Notes under the pieces: generated by a model
The model's input: only the letters and a program-made list of their open reading frames with translations
The model's database searches: none
Told to the model about the DNA's origin: nothing
Translations under genes and position numbers: made by a program
Shown: one piece after another, positions 49,669 through 63,200 of the stretch
Layout of the letters: each line of letters starts with the position of its first letter
Position numbering within the stretch: position 1 is the first letter of the stretch
Source of the DNA: Selaginella moellendorffii
Taxonomy: Eukaryota; Plantae; Lycopodiophyta
Assembly: GCF_000143415.4 (NCBI RefSeq)
Contig: NW_003314286.1
Location: 325,766 to 389,765, forward strand
Direction: 5' to 3'
Length of the DNA: 64,000 nt

Positions 49669-52600
49669 TCACTCGGTTTTGGTGTACTCGAGGAGAATGT
49701 GGGGGGAGCGATAGATTTTCACCAGCGTCCAGAACAATCCTTCTTCCAGTGCCAGTTCTCTTTCAGCGCGTGCCGCGTATATGTCTTCGCAGATCGCTAT
49801 CAATCTGCGAAAGCGAAGAAGCGGTCGACTTAACGCAAGCGAAAAGCATGAAAATCGATCAGCACAGACCTGTCGCACGATGGGAAGTTCTCGTACGGAA
49901 TCCTCATTCTCAAGTCCGCGCACTGCAGCCGGATGAAACGACCGACTGCTAGGACGAAGGTGATGTACAAGCTCCAGATGTTGAATTTGCTGAGCGTGTC
50001 GCCGATCAGTCCCTCTGCATTGACACCAGTTAGCCAGCCACGAAGCTTTACGTTTGATCTTACTTGGGACTTCCTCCGAAACCGCAATGGCCATTGGGCC
50101 GGTCACGTCTCCGCAAACACCGCTTGAAGATACGTTAAACGACCACCACGCTTGAGTTTCTCTATTCAAAGTAAGGTTGCCAGACACAGTCGCGGACTGT
50201 AAAGCAGGAAACGTTAGAACACATAGAAGAGATAGTTTCGACACTTACGGTTTGCTCTAGCAAGCGAGCTTCTCCTCCGCTTGTCACTCTAAAGTACCGC
50301 GGATAGAGATCGGCCACAAGGATAGAACTGAGTGTTCCATTTAGGACCTCTTGCAACTGCTTGATCGCCAAAGGAAGCCCGGTGAAGGTGGCAGTCTCCT
50401 TGCTCTTTGGCCTCTCCCGATGGAAATTCCAGGATGGAACCAGTAAAACTCCCTCAGTGAAAGATTTCACCAGATTTCTCAGTGTCGGCGGTGGTATCAA
50501 CCAAAGTGAGTCAGCATCCTCTTCACAGCACACCATCTGTACGTCCTTGCTGTCGAAGGAATCGAGAGCGTTGTCGACATCTATGTCATATCCACTGTCT
50601 AATATATCTGCCATTGAATGTAGATTGCAAAGCTGACTCCTGTAGAATGTAAAGCTTCCACCAGCGGTCCTGAGACTGATCTCAAAGTGTGCTTCCGTGA
50701 TCTCGTTCACGAAGTTGGTAGGATTTCCGCTACTATAAATCTGTAAGAAATCATCATCAGCTATCACAATCAACCATGGGAAGTTCTTTACCAGCATTGG
50801 AGCCCAGATAACGCAGATCAATAGAAGGAAAAGGCAAACACCATTTGTAAACTTGACCCAAATACTTCGCTTCTGTCCCAGCTGATGCTTCTCTCGCGCA
50901 AGTTTATTATCGCACTGCACCAAAAAGAGGCTGGCATAGATATCTTCCAGCTGCACAACGGTCGTCAGAGATCTAGTGACGAAGGTAGAAAAACAAATCG
51001 TGCTTACCTTTAGCCAATCGTACATTGAAAGAGAAGTTGTTGTGCACGACCAGTCGAGTACGCACCGAAGCTCGAACAAGAAAGGCAAGGATCGGTATAT
51101 ACGAAAGCCAAGCCAGCTCAAGCTGTTGATCTTTCTCGTCAAAAACTGCTCGTACAGCGTGTTTTTGTGTGGCAAACCAAATCGCAATTGCTGTGCCTGA
51201 AACGCCAGAGATAAAGCTTTGAGAAGGAAGAAACCACGAAGCGGAAGAAGCTGAAAGAATGTCCCAGTGTTGTTGTGCTTCAGCTCCATTCCCCAAACAA
51301 AATTTGTTATGTAGCCCGTGAAAAAAATGAGCGTAGCAAAATAGTAAATCACTTTCCCGGTTGCAAACGCACTAAGATACAGTACTCTATCCAGTACTAT
51401 GAGGAAGAACAGCGTCTGCATAAATGCCACACGTTAGTCGAAAACTTGACGACGAGAAACCTTACGTACAATGAGGGCGAAAACGTATTCTTTTGGAAAT
51501 TGATCCTCGAGCTGGTAGACGTCGAGAAACTCTGGTGTGCTCTTGATGAAAGATTGGTAGAACAATGCCATGTACATGAACGCGATAAGGTCCGTGCCGA
51601 AAACGTAGGCGTAAAGATCAACTTGTCTTCTTCCCCCAGCGATGACAGATAGAATGGGATATGGAAAGTTGGCCTGTTCGAGCAACCCGTCCTGTTTGGC
51701 CTTGACAATCTCTGTGGCAACGTCCGAAGCCGGAGTCAAGGATGTGAAGAGGTCGCTAACAGGCCCTCCCAATGCAGGCGCTGCATGAATAACTTCCAGC
51801 ATAGCGAACGCGGTAGACTCGTCCGTTCCACACTCTAGGCTCTCCACACGCACCCGGCTAGCGTCTTCGAGCACTGCACCGCTGCTGCTGGAGCTTTCGT
51901 ACCTCACAACTATTAGCAGCCGGTTGAAAGCGGTCTCAATTCTCTCCGGCTGTATACCGTGTTCGGACCACTTGGAGACGGACAGCTTTACTTGAACGAA
52001 GTGAGGAGGGACTTCGGAGCCGCTCGTAAGAGAACGCCAGCACTTCAAGACGGTTTTCAGGCTTCCAATGCAGTAGCCGGCAATCCACGTCCAGAACTTT
52101 CCGGCAGAAAAGTTCTGGTTTGGATTTTCCAGATCGGGCGAACGTCGGGAAGTGAAGAAAGAATTAGAGTCCGTGGCAAGCATCCACTCCCCTTCACGGT
52201 CTTTGATAGAGTTCTGGACCAAGGTGGCTAGATAGACCAGGAAGAGCGGTAGAACACTCGCCACAAACGACCGGTTCATGTTTCTTCCTGGAATCCCGAT
52301 CTGCTTCAACCATGATGGAAGCTCGTCGTGGCCACAGTGGTTTACCAGTGTCTGGTACATGTACTGAAGCAGGATGAGGATTTCTGTGTACATAAGCATT
52401 GCTGACCAGAATAGTTGTGTTGGTCCTGGATTCACCAGTAGAGCGTAGAGAAACAGGCACGCAGGATACACCAAAGTAAGGAGGCTGAAGTTCCATACGT
52501 AGACAAGCACGAAAAGCACGTAGCAGACAACGTCTGTGTTTGCAAGGACCAGTGAGTAGACGTAGGTGCTTAGAATGCTCAAGCGCTGGCGTGTTTCAAA

Positions 52601-55600
52601 CATAGGAGACTTCTGATCTTCAAGTTTTCCAGGAGAGATGTGCTTGGGTAGTCGCCTTTGATCATCACCTTCATCAGCAGAAGAGCTGCCTGCTTCATCG
52701 GAATCTGGATTTTCAATGTTGAGAAGCCCGACCAGGTTGGCGAGTGCCTTGTTTCCGATGTCATGCATTTGCGCGACACCGTTTTCGAGGAAGGAAACCC
52801 CAGATAGAAGACTATGCTTCATTGAAGGTGTCTTCACCATGCTGTCTTCTTTGTCCAGGTTCTGTAAGATAATTCCCCTGTCCAACACCTCAGGTTTTAT
52901 CTCGTTGTCATCCTGTTCCAAAAAGAGTTTCCGCCTCCTTCTACAAGAATCAGCACCAGAGTCACGACGGTGTCCAGAGTGATCAAGCAGGGCACTGTCC
53001 GAAATGGAGTTAACCAGCCGAGAAGGAGTCCCAGAGGCCGCCGCATCCTTATTTGGCAAGAAACGAGGAATGTTTGATGGAGAAAACGCTTCCCTGAATT
53101 TACTCGCAGAGTTCAGCACGTCCAGACGTAGCTGTAGGGGAACCATTTCCATCTTCATCTTATCCACCTGTAACCGCCTCTGTGATTTCTTTTCTTCTAT
53201 CTCTCGAACTCGTTGCAGCTGCTCCTTCTTCCATTCTGCTTTTCTTTCGTGAGCACAGGCCAGCGCTTCAAACTGCTCTGCCGCGAGATAACGAAGGACC
53301 TGCTCGAACTCCTTTGTTCTGAAAACTCGAGACTGCAAGCTTACAAGGCAGAAAATTGTAATGTCCACGAGAGCAGAGCGGGCTGTGATCTTGAAGCCGT
53401 AGTCATATTTGTAGAGACCAAAGATGCTTGACGGCGAGCAACCAGCTACAAATCCAAAGAAAGGCGCTTGGAAGACGAGCGACGCCACTATAAGACTGAA
53501 ATTGTATAGCCTCAAGAAGAGAAAAATAGTGTTTCGTCTCCTCATAACTGTAGTTCGCATGTGGAAGAATACCATGGAGAATGCGAGGTAGCCGAGGTGC
53601 AAGAGGTCATATTGTAATGTTCCCGTGATGAAAACTAGCAGCAAAACAGCGTGTAAAAGATGGCGATAGAAAAAGAAACGAAGATAGTCCAGCCATGTCC
53701 AGTGAACCGTCGTCTCGTAAGACATCTCTGCCCAGGCTACCCTGTGTGTTGCGGATATGCCAGTCCACTGTAGTGATACAGTTTCGAGCAACTTATTTGC
53801 CCGAAGCTGGAAAGACGTAACGATGAAGACCATAAAATATGCAACTAGCACCTGCCTATCGTCCACCATACCTGTACCAAAAAATAAATTAAGTTAGTTC
53901 GATAGAGTGAGTTGCAAATCCAACTTACCAAGCCAGCAACTCCAACAAAACTTCGACTTTCCCTTCAAGTCAGCCCAGCAATCGTGACAACGTTTCGTTG
54001 ATTCATTTGAAACACTCCAAGGTGGCGGGAGCTTTGCCAACGTTGCATACTCGTAGAGGAGTACGCCGGCGAACAGAACTGTGAAGGCAGGCCATAGCGG
54101 ACGAAGCCATTTCTTGCTCAATATAATACATAGCGCGAGTATGAGAATATATAGCAAAGAAAAGACGTTGACAACGGCAAACGCTGCGACCAGAAGGCAT
54201 AGCATGATCATCTCGACGCCGAATATTGTGAAAAAATTCTCGAGTATAAACTGCCCCCACATTTTCAAAGCCTGGCATTGGGCTTCGTAAGTCTCCTGCT
54301 TCATAATTAGCGCTCGTCTACTCCATTTCCTGCTTTCCTTTGGTGTCAGAGAAGGAGATCTGTGGACATATTTTTTACTATCAGGCGCTTCAGCGTTGAT
54401 AGCCTGTTCCGGTTTCCGTATAAGAGGTTCATCAAGACGAGGACTGTGGGGTTGGACGCGATGGAATGTGGCCTGACGACGATCGTCGCTGTCTGCTCTC
54501 CCGCTGAATGGTAGAGAAAACAGCATGCATGGCTCCTCGTTTCGTCGTAAAGAACTTGGTACTTGTTCTAGCCATTGGAAGGAGCAGTATTGCAGCATGC
54601 AAGCCAGTATAACCAGTGTCTTGCTGCGGCTTCCAGCTTCAATACCCCAGGGACCTTCCTCGTATTTACGAAGTCCTAGCCAGTGTATAAGGTCGGCATT
54701 TTGTGCCAAGCAGCCATCCTGCCTATCAACCAGCTGGAACAGATACTCGAGAAATAAAAGCAGCCCAGTATACGCAGCGAAAAGCTGAGAAGATAAAGGA
54801 GAAGACTTCGGCACGGCACAGGATATCACCAGCATAATAAGGTAGACAAATCCGAAACCGCCAACCGGAAAAATAGAAGCATAAAACACGGCGACAAACA
54901 AAACTTTTCCACTGTGTAGTATAAGGAGCCGCTTTACGAAGTCCAGGTTGCTCATAAAACACGGAAAGTGAATGGAGTCTTCTTCCAAGCAAGACTGGGA
55001 TCGCTCAAATCTGTAGAGCTGCAGGACAGCTAATATAGCTAGAGAATCCCATACGTGAAGGAAGAGAGACGCGTTTCCATCAAAGCCCAAGTCACCCTTC
55101 AAGTCCACAAGTTTCTCAGCAAATGGCTGCAGGTCGGGAAAAACGCTGAGGAGGTACCGCAAAACAAAAACCAAGCATGTGTAGAGGAAAAGTGGAGACC
55201 ATAATATCCATTCTGTTTTCCCGAGCACCTGTCGACCAATAATCCAAAAGAGGAGCAGAGCAAGGAAGCCAAACGCAATATAATTTGGCTCCGCTGCATA
55301 GACTGTAATGAGGACTGTGGCGTACACGATATATGTTCCAAACGAACGGTAAGTTGCACGAAAATGCTCACCAACAGTAGCAAGGTGATTAGTGATCCAG
55401 TTTTCTGCAGGGAGAAGATGTGTGAAATTAATGGTTGAAACTAGATGCTTACCAGTAGAGGAAGGTTCGAAATTATATGCAAAGGATTTTGAACCGTAAA
55501 CTGATAACACATAAGGCCTGTATTTCAGAGCACTCTGACGTGCCACTGCTGACAGAGAGCTTATCACTTTGATTCCATGATTCTGAACTGCAGAAAAGCA

Positions 55601-57886
55601 CAATAGAGCTGCCACAGGTATGTAATCATGATATGTTGCCTTGTTCCATATCCCTGCAAGTAATTCCAATCGGAGTTCATTAACCAGGATTGAGTCACCC
55701 TTACCTAGTTGAGAGAGAACGGGCTTTAAGATTTTACTATGAGCAGTGATGAGTGCTGAAATCGATTGGAGTTGCAAGATGTAAAGAATAGAAATATGCA
55801 ATTCGCAATAAAGCATGAGATATTGGCGAGTTTTTCTCGCCACGGACGAGCTAAGAAGATAAACCATGAAGAATATCACTGCACATAAGAATGTTTAGGA
55901 AAAGCCTAGAAAGAAACGTGTGTACTTACTATACACCGCATGAACAAATCCACTTCTAAGAGCGACTATAAATATAAGAACAAGTGATATCACATGGGTG
56001 CTTCTTCGTAGGCACCATGCTATCACCGCAATAAACAGAATCCATTTCTTTCTTAGCTCTGAAAGAAAGAAGTGAAGTTAGATAGGAATGTCCACGATAA
56101 CAGAATGCATACCATCCTCTCGAAAGGTGTCATCTTCAGCGATTCCTTCTACTTCATTGGCACTCTTTAAAATGCTATTTCCCACAAATAAGTCAGTCGC
56201 AACAAGAACACCGAGAGCATATTGGGCCAGAAGGAAAAGTCCAGGTGATGAGTACTTCCAAAGGCCAACTGTCTGCCAAATATCGACGTCCTGCAAATTC
56301 ACTAGATATAAAGCCTGTCACTAAAGAGTTGCTAACATACCATCTCAAACCTGGTGGCAAAAACTGTGAAGCCCGCATTGAAAATATATGTACATGATGC
56401 CCAAGTGAGTATAAAACCAAGTAGCAATCCATTTAGGCGACGTAAAAGGAACAAAGATGGAAATATGTACAATATAATTCCAACATACAGTAGTAGGAAA
56501 AACGCGCAGAAACTTGCGAACTTAAAACTCCAGCAAACAAGAGCGAAAAGGCAAATCTAAACATCAACAGCCACCCGTTAGCTTTGATCACCAAAAACCC
56601 AAAACAACCTACAGGAAAGCCACATGCGAAAAAATACATAGCGACTTTTTTGAAAACAAGAAAACGTTGTTGCTCCGATATCCACCATTGTCTTGATCTA
56701 CAACCAAAAGCGATAAATCAGAACCACTAAAACGTGTGTAGTACCTGGCGCTTCTTGGGGAGTTTAAAAGGCCTTGATACAGATTATCCTCGTTTGCAAT
56801 CAAAGCCTGCTTTACGTGGTATAAGTCCTTCAAATCTCCAATTGCGAAGCATAGCTACATATACAGTCACATGAATGAAGTGAGTTTCAAAATGCTTACC
56901 AATACAAAGAGTGTTAAAATAGAGATCAGGTGTACTCCTTTTGCCCAAGTCATTTCCGCTGATGAGGTTTCAAAGAGTCCGAGATAGTCTACTATGTGTA
57001 GAAGCCGCGTCGGAAACGAAATTGGTAATTGGCGAACATAGAAAATGATAATGTGCATGGTGTTGTAAACTAGTAAAGGTTGCCATCCCCTAAATCGACA
57101 CAAGCATTTTAGAAAATTCTAACAAGGAAAAAGATGGAGTTTCTACCAAGAGAGCCCGAAGAAGTTGCCGGTCATGGACCAATGAAAAAGCCCAGTGCAA
57201 CTACAGACGAAGTAAGGCAAAGCTGCCCAGCATGGGAAAATAGATCCCGCGACTATCTGCAGCGTTGGAAGAACGAAATTCCGTAAGAAAGCTCTAACTT
57301 CAAATGCGTCAAATTCTACACGCGGAAGATTCACAGACATAAGAACAAAAATATAGATGAATGTAACAAGTTCACCTCGAGGTCCAAATTCGATCCGTCT
57401 TCGCCAGCGTAGCCCATACAAAGAAACTACTCCAACGAGCATTTTCGGTAGGAAAAATAAAAGAATGCCATCGGAATGATCGAGCCTGTAACATGCACAA
57501 GCATGAAAATACCGATCTTCATGCAGCAAAGACATTGAAAGTACCTTGAAACACCAAAAACTTTTGAGATGGACGACTTCCAGAACCGCCAGTCCCTTCC
57601 GACTGTAGCCTGTAGCAATGCAACAGTAACCCCGCAAATTGTTCCAAGCAAAGAAACTCCCAGCGACATCCACAAGGATTGCCATGGTTTTCCAGATTGG
57701 ACTACACAAAACCATATAAAAGAGCAAGATCATAATGAATCGGAGTTTTATCTTACCTTGTCCTTTAAGTTCGTATTGGAACACGAGAAAACTGACCAGG
57801 AACAAGAGGGAAATCACGCTCCAATTCGTGAATGCAGCTGACAGAAGAACTATCGAGAGGCTGAGAGCAATCACAAAAACGCGCAT
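49669..57886 (-). CDS. PIEZO: PIEZO mechanosensitive channel, multi-exon
   Basis: Very large polytopic protein; PFLFELRCVLDWSCTTTSL..YDWLK signature; C-terminal LVKIYRSPHILLEYTK; N-terminal AAFTNWSVIS. Confidence 0.96.
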
Positions 57887-58181
57887 CGTCCTGGCCACAC
57901 GAGAAATCACGCATTATCCCTGTAGATCGATCCAGCTCCCAGAATGCGCTGGCCTGGAGATTACCCGGCGCGATCCAGGAGAAGATTCTGGCGCTCAATC
58001 CAGAAGGCGCGGTGGATCCGATTCACGGCATGGCTACACGCAACTCGTTGCTGGCATAAACCCTAGAAGAGCTGTTATTGGAGAGTACTCTGCCACATTC
58101 CTCCCTCCCTTTCTCTCTCTTCACACGCTAAAGCAACGCACAGCGTCGGTGCGACACGTGGCGCAACCTGGCCACGGCGAT

Positions 58182-59206
58182 TTAGCTCAATCCAATGGCG
58201 TGGGAGATGACTGAGAGGATGGCCCCAAACACAGCACCGGCGAGAACTTGGGATTTTGTGTGACCGGTCGATTCTTTGAGTGGAATGTACTGCCATCCAT
58301 CCTCGCTCCCGAGTTCTTGGATCGACACTTCGCCCTCTTTCATGCTGGGAAGATTTTGCGCTGTCTTGAAGAACTTGGTTGATCTGGAGAAAGGCCCATT
58401 GTTGCTGGAATCCACTTCTCCTCTCTCGAAAGCGTTTGATGATTTCGTAGCTCCCACCGGTGCCTCGACGAGCAATTCCGGCCTCGATGATCGGGGTGAT
58501 GGTTCTTTCGAAACTTTGTACTGCGCGAAGGCTATTGTGTTGAGAATCTCGGCGTGTTTGCCGACTTCTCTCCGGACCCCCTGAGATTCCAATGCTAGAA
58601 AGAAAAAACAAAGACAAAAAAGATTTTTTAAAGCACGAACCTGTGCGTCGTACATGACAATCCCAGCGACTACCATCGCGAAGCCGAACAGCGAGTCCGA
58701 AAATCCCCTGGAACCAAAACCCCGGCTTAAGACAACCATTGGCATCGCGAAGAACTCACCAGTTGAGAATAGATTTACCTCTCCAAGCCAAGAGCAGTTG
58801 CGGCGGCAACCATGCTCTATGTAATAGAACAAACGTCACAAACTGGCAAGAAAAAGAAAGAGATGAAAAATCGCACAGCGGCATGAGCCGAGGGTGTTCC
58901 GCCGGATCTGAGCATGAGCTTCCAATTCAACCCTTTCCCGGCTACAGCTGCAGTCAATGGCTTCACGAGCTGAGCGGACAATCCAGCGAGAGCTGCGCTC
59001 GCCAAAACCTGGCAAAATCTCAAGGAATCAGGAAATTTTCATCCTAGGATTGTCCAGCTTACATGATTTTGAGGTATTTCTTCCAGCAGGCCAGCCGTCA
59101 CGGTCCTACCGGCGCCGAGATTACGCTGGCTGCTGCTGATCCACATTCTCCTATAAGAGAGACGCGATCCCAGCCAGTTGCAGTGCAATGGCGCTGCGAT
59201 CGCCAT
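58182..59206 (-). CDS. DUF212 divergent PAP2 (acid phosphatase/haloperoxidase-related) membrane protein with transit peptide
   Basis: SGGTPSAHAA, IVMYDAQGVRREVGKHAEILN, LKESTGHT..QVLAGA. Confidence 0.9.
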
Positions 59207-59332
59207 AACTCGAAAGCCCTAAAGTCGAGGAAGACCTTAAACCCCTAATATTCAAATCCAGCTAGGCGGGATCGAACACAAGACCTTTAAATTCAACTTT
59301 TACTTGGATATTCTATCCGGTCAAGTCAACGG

Positions 59333-59963
59333 TCACGGCGATATGAGCAAACGGAAAACCACGAGCCCAATAGACGATGCGACTGTGACAATGGAGGCTT
59401 TCGATCGAGACGCCGTGTTCTTGCTCGCGGTCATGGTGGAGGGCGCGGAAGAATTCGAGGGGGAAGAGTTGGCTTTGAGAGGCGGCACCGCTGATGGCTC
59501 GGGAGGACTCGCGGAAGAACTGGGCGTTGGCGCGCCGCCGCTAAGGCTGATCACCAGGATGCTAAACTTCTGGCCCTTGGCGCAGTGATCCGCGGTGCCG
59601 GAGATGTAGTAGTGCGTGCCCGGGCGCGTAAGGCGCAGCACCGATTTGCCATCGTTGTGGTGATTGATCGGGTTGCTGGAGGCGCAGCTCTCATAGCCCG
59701 CGCGATTCACCTCGAGAACAGTATCCTGGCCCTCGGGATAGTTGAATACTGCCACACGAATCGCCGAAATTTCGCTCAGATCTGCCAAGAAATAGGAGAA
59801 ACCACTCACCGAGGTAATCGCCGGGGTAGAACTTCTGCTTGAGCGCCCAGCTCGTGTAGTTGACATCGGGCTTCCATCCATCCGAGTCGCCGACGGTGTA
59901 GCGCGCGGCCTGCGATGCCCGAAGAACACAAAGGAAGAGGAGGAACACGAAGCGCACCTCCAT
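59333..59963 (-). CDS. Early-nodulin-like phytocyanin, probably GPI-anchored; 2 exons
   Basis: Signal peptide, YTVGDSDGW...YTSWA...F.PGD.L, S/P/A-rich stalk, hydrophobic tail. First His and Cys copper ligands are replaced (QDTV, YISG). Confidence 0.92.
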
Positions 59964-60260
59964 CGCCGCCTCGAGCCCTAGAAGATGGGAATGGGGCAAT
60001 GTGGGTGCTTGAAAGGATCCAGCTTCTCCCAGCTCGATACGCCGGGGAATATTCACCCGTTAGAAAAACTGTTGCGAGGGTCGAAACCCGGGGTGAACGG
60101 TACGGTAGACGGCATTTGGGCCGCCCTGGCGCCGAACGTACGGCTTTGAGTGTGTGTATAGATTTGTTGTTGTTTTGCTTTCGCAGGAAGTCCCAGGGGA
60201 CAAAAAAATATGGCAGCTAGTTTTTAGGGTTTCTTGGCGAGAGCTGGAGGAGGAGGCTCG

Positions 60261-63200
60261 ATGGACGACGCGACGCTGCACCAGGTCGTGCAGCAGCACG
60301 GGATCAGCGTTCTTGGCCAGCATCACCAGCCGATTTCGGAGCATGCGCCATCGTCGCTGGTCCAATCGCTCGCGCTTCATGTGGTTCGTCGTCGCGTCAT
60401 CGCATTCCTTGTTCTTGCGATGGAAATTTCTTGCTGAGATTGCCGATTCGTGTATGCTCCAGTCTTTCGATCATGGATATTTCCTGACCGTGAGAGCGAT
60501 TCAAGAACTCCGCGACAAGAGGAATTGCTCGGTCTCTGTCGGCATCGGAGGTCCCAGTGGATCAGGGAAAACCAGGTACTTTGCTTACCTATTCTTCAAA
60601 GTTACTCTATCGGGCTGGCTTGCAGCTTGGCGGCAAGAATCGCATCGGTTCTTGGTGGCGTTGTCATTTCCATGGAGAATTATCATGATCCTCGATTGCC
60701 TGTTGACGACAGCAACGATAAAGATTCAGTCGACTTCGACTTGCTGATAAAAAATCTAGAAGTAAGGGTGCTCTTGGCGGTTCTTTTGATTCTTTCTGAT
60801 TCTCTTCCCAGGACTTGCTAAAGGGGAAGGATATCACGGTCCCATCGTTCGATTTTCAGCAGAAAAAGCGGACAGGCTTTAAACCTCTTAAAGCTCCAAA
60901 GTCGGGAGTGGTACGATGTTCATGTGAAGTTCTATTTGAATGTTGCTAATCGTGGTTTGCAGGTTATTGTCGATGGAACATACGCATTGCATGCAAAGTT
61001 GCGGTCATTTTTGGACATACGAGTTGCTGTGGTAAGTACAGGCATTCCTTTCGGAAATGCGTGTTATTCGAGTTTGAAAATCTAGGGATATAGGTAGGAG
61101 GCGTGCATTTCAGCTTGCTATCCAAGGTCCGGAGAGATATCGGAGATACTTTTTCTCTGGATCATCTTCTGGACAGCATATTTCCAATGTTCAGAACGCA
61201 CATAGAGCCTGACCTCCACCACGCCCAGGTACGTCAATCTGAGCATCTGTGAATGCATTTTCCAACTGTCTTTACTACACAGATCAGAATTAGCAACACT
61301 TTTGTTTCTTCTTTACGAGAGCCTTATTACATTTTGAAATGCGAGAAGCAGGTACTTTGCCAATAAGCAGCTTTGGTGTATCCTCCTCCGTTTATTTCAT
61401 CAGGTGCTTAAGACGTCGTTAGAGTTCCTGTTCAGCTCGTCCAAAATTCGCCATGAACAGTAAGTTTCTAGCTACGCAATTGCTCATAACCCGTCTCGCT
61501 GCTAGGTTCATCGAAATGTATTTGCGACCACCTACACTTTTCGAGAATAGTAAGCCAAGTGATTGGATCAGAATGCGACAATGTGGGATAAGATACGATC
61601 TTGCCGAGAGCGATCAAAGAATCGTGGATAAAAATTTTGTAATCAAGCCGAAAGTGGAGTTTGAGGTTCGACGTTTTTCTTTTATAGAATTTTCAGCCAT
61701 CTTTCTATATAGGTGGGTAAAACAACTTTGGGAGGACTATTGGCACTGGGTTACCAGGTTGCGGTTAGCTACAAACGTGACTCTGCAATCATGGACAATG
61801 GAAAAGTCGCGATCTCATTGGAAAGCCTTGATGACCTGGACAAGACGTTTGTTCAACTCAAAGGCACCGATCGTAAAGTAGCTGCATTTTCAGTAATATC
61901 GCTTTGAGGCTTATACTTTTGCTTTCAGGTCGTATCGGCTGAAGCAACAAAGCTGGGTCTTGAAGGTCCGTGGATCACAAAGTCCTATATGGAAATGATT
62001 CTTGAGAAGAAAGGTACTAGTTGTTTTATCCCTATTTCTTGCGATTTTATGTATTTGGGGTAAACAGGTCCACCACGCATGGATTCTCCGCCTCTACCTT
62101 CTTCTGCCTTCCTCACAACGATGAGTTCTCCAACGTTTACATCCGTTGAAAGAAATGTAGTGTCTCCTCGACCACTGCGGGTGAAAGCGGAAAGATCGTA
62201 CAATCTAGACATGTGGACAAGGTCACCAACAAAGTCTGACGTCGAGCCTCTAAGTGGATCCTGGCATATCACTACAAATTCTGGAATGACATTTAGAGGT
62301 GAGCTTTGATCATATCATAAGGAAGGTTTTATCCTTGTATGTTCCAGGTGATAGCTTTGCTCCAACGTCCGATGTTTACTTTCCATCTGATCAGGAAGTG
62401 TCTGAAACTTCTCCAAGGGAATCAGTGAAACTCTTGCCTATGCCTGAAGTTTTCGACTTCGATAGAGGACTTCTGCTTGCAGTGCAGGCGGTTCAGGCAA
62501 GAATTCTGATTTCCGTCTTTAATTTATATGCATTGCTTTTTGCTTCATCTGAATTCAGACCCTTCTAAATAAGAAAGGCGCTCCAATCATCGTCGGTATA
62601 GGTATATGTGCATACCTCCTGCTTGTTGTTTCCTGAATGCACTCAATATTTCAGGTGGTCCAAGCGGCTCGGGAAAGACCAGCTTGGCTCACAAAATGGC
62701 TAATATTGTAGGCTGTGAAGTGATCTCTATGGAGAATTACTTCAAAACCGAGGAGATAAAAGAGTTCAAGTATGACGACTTCACAACTCTCGATTTGGCA
62801 CTTTTGCTGAAGGTATAATTTTTAATATTTGACGTTGCGTTGCTGATTCGTTTTTCTTTTTAAAGAATATTGAGGATGCGAAAACTATGCGACCTACAAG
62901 AATTCCAGTCTTCGATTTTGAGAGAAACGTCCGGAGTGGAACAAAGGAATTGGAAGTTTCAGACGAGTGTGGAGTAGTAGGTGTTCATTCGCTTAACAAC
63001 TTTCAGAATATTTACGTTTACTTTTCAGGTAATAGTGGAAGGTGTTTATGCGTTGCATCCAGACATTCGAGGCTTTCTAGACATGTCGATTGCAGTTGTG
63101 AGTACACTGTTCTGTTCTATCTTCTTCTCGTTTTTTGGCTGATTACTTAAGGCAGGTTGGGGGCGTGCATTCACACCTCGTCACACGAGTCATGCGGGAT

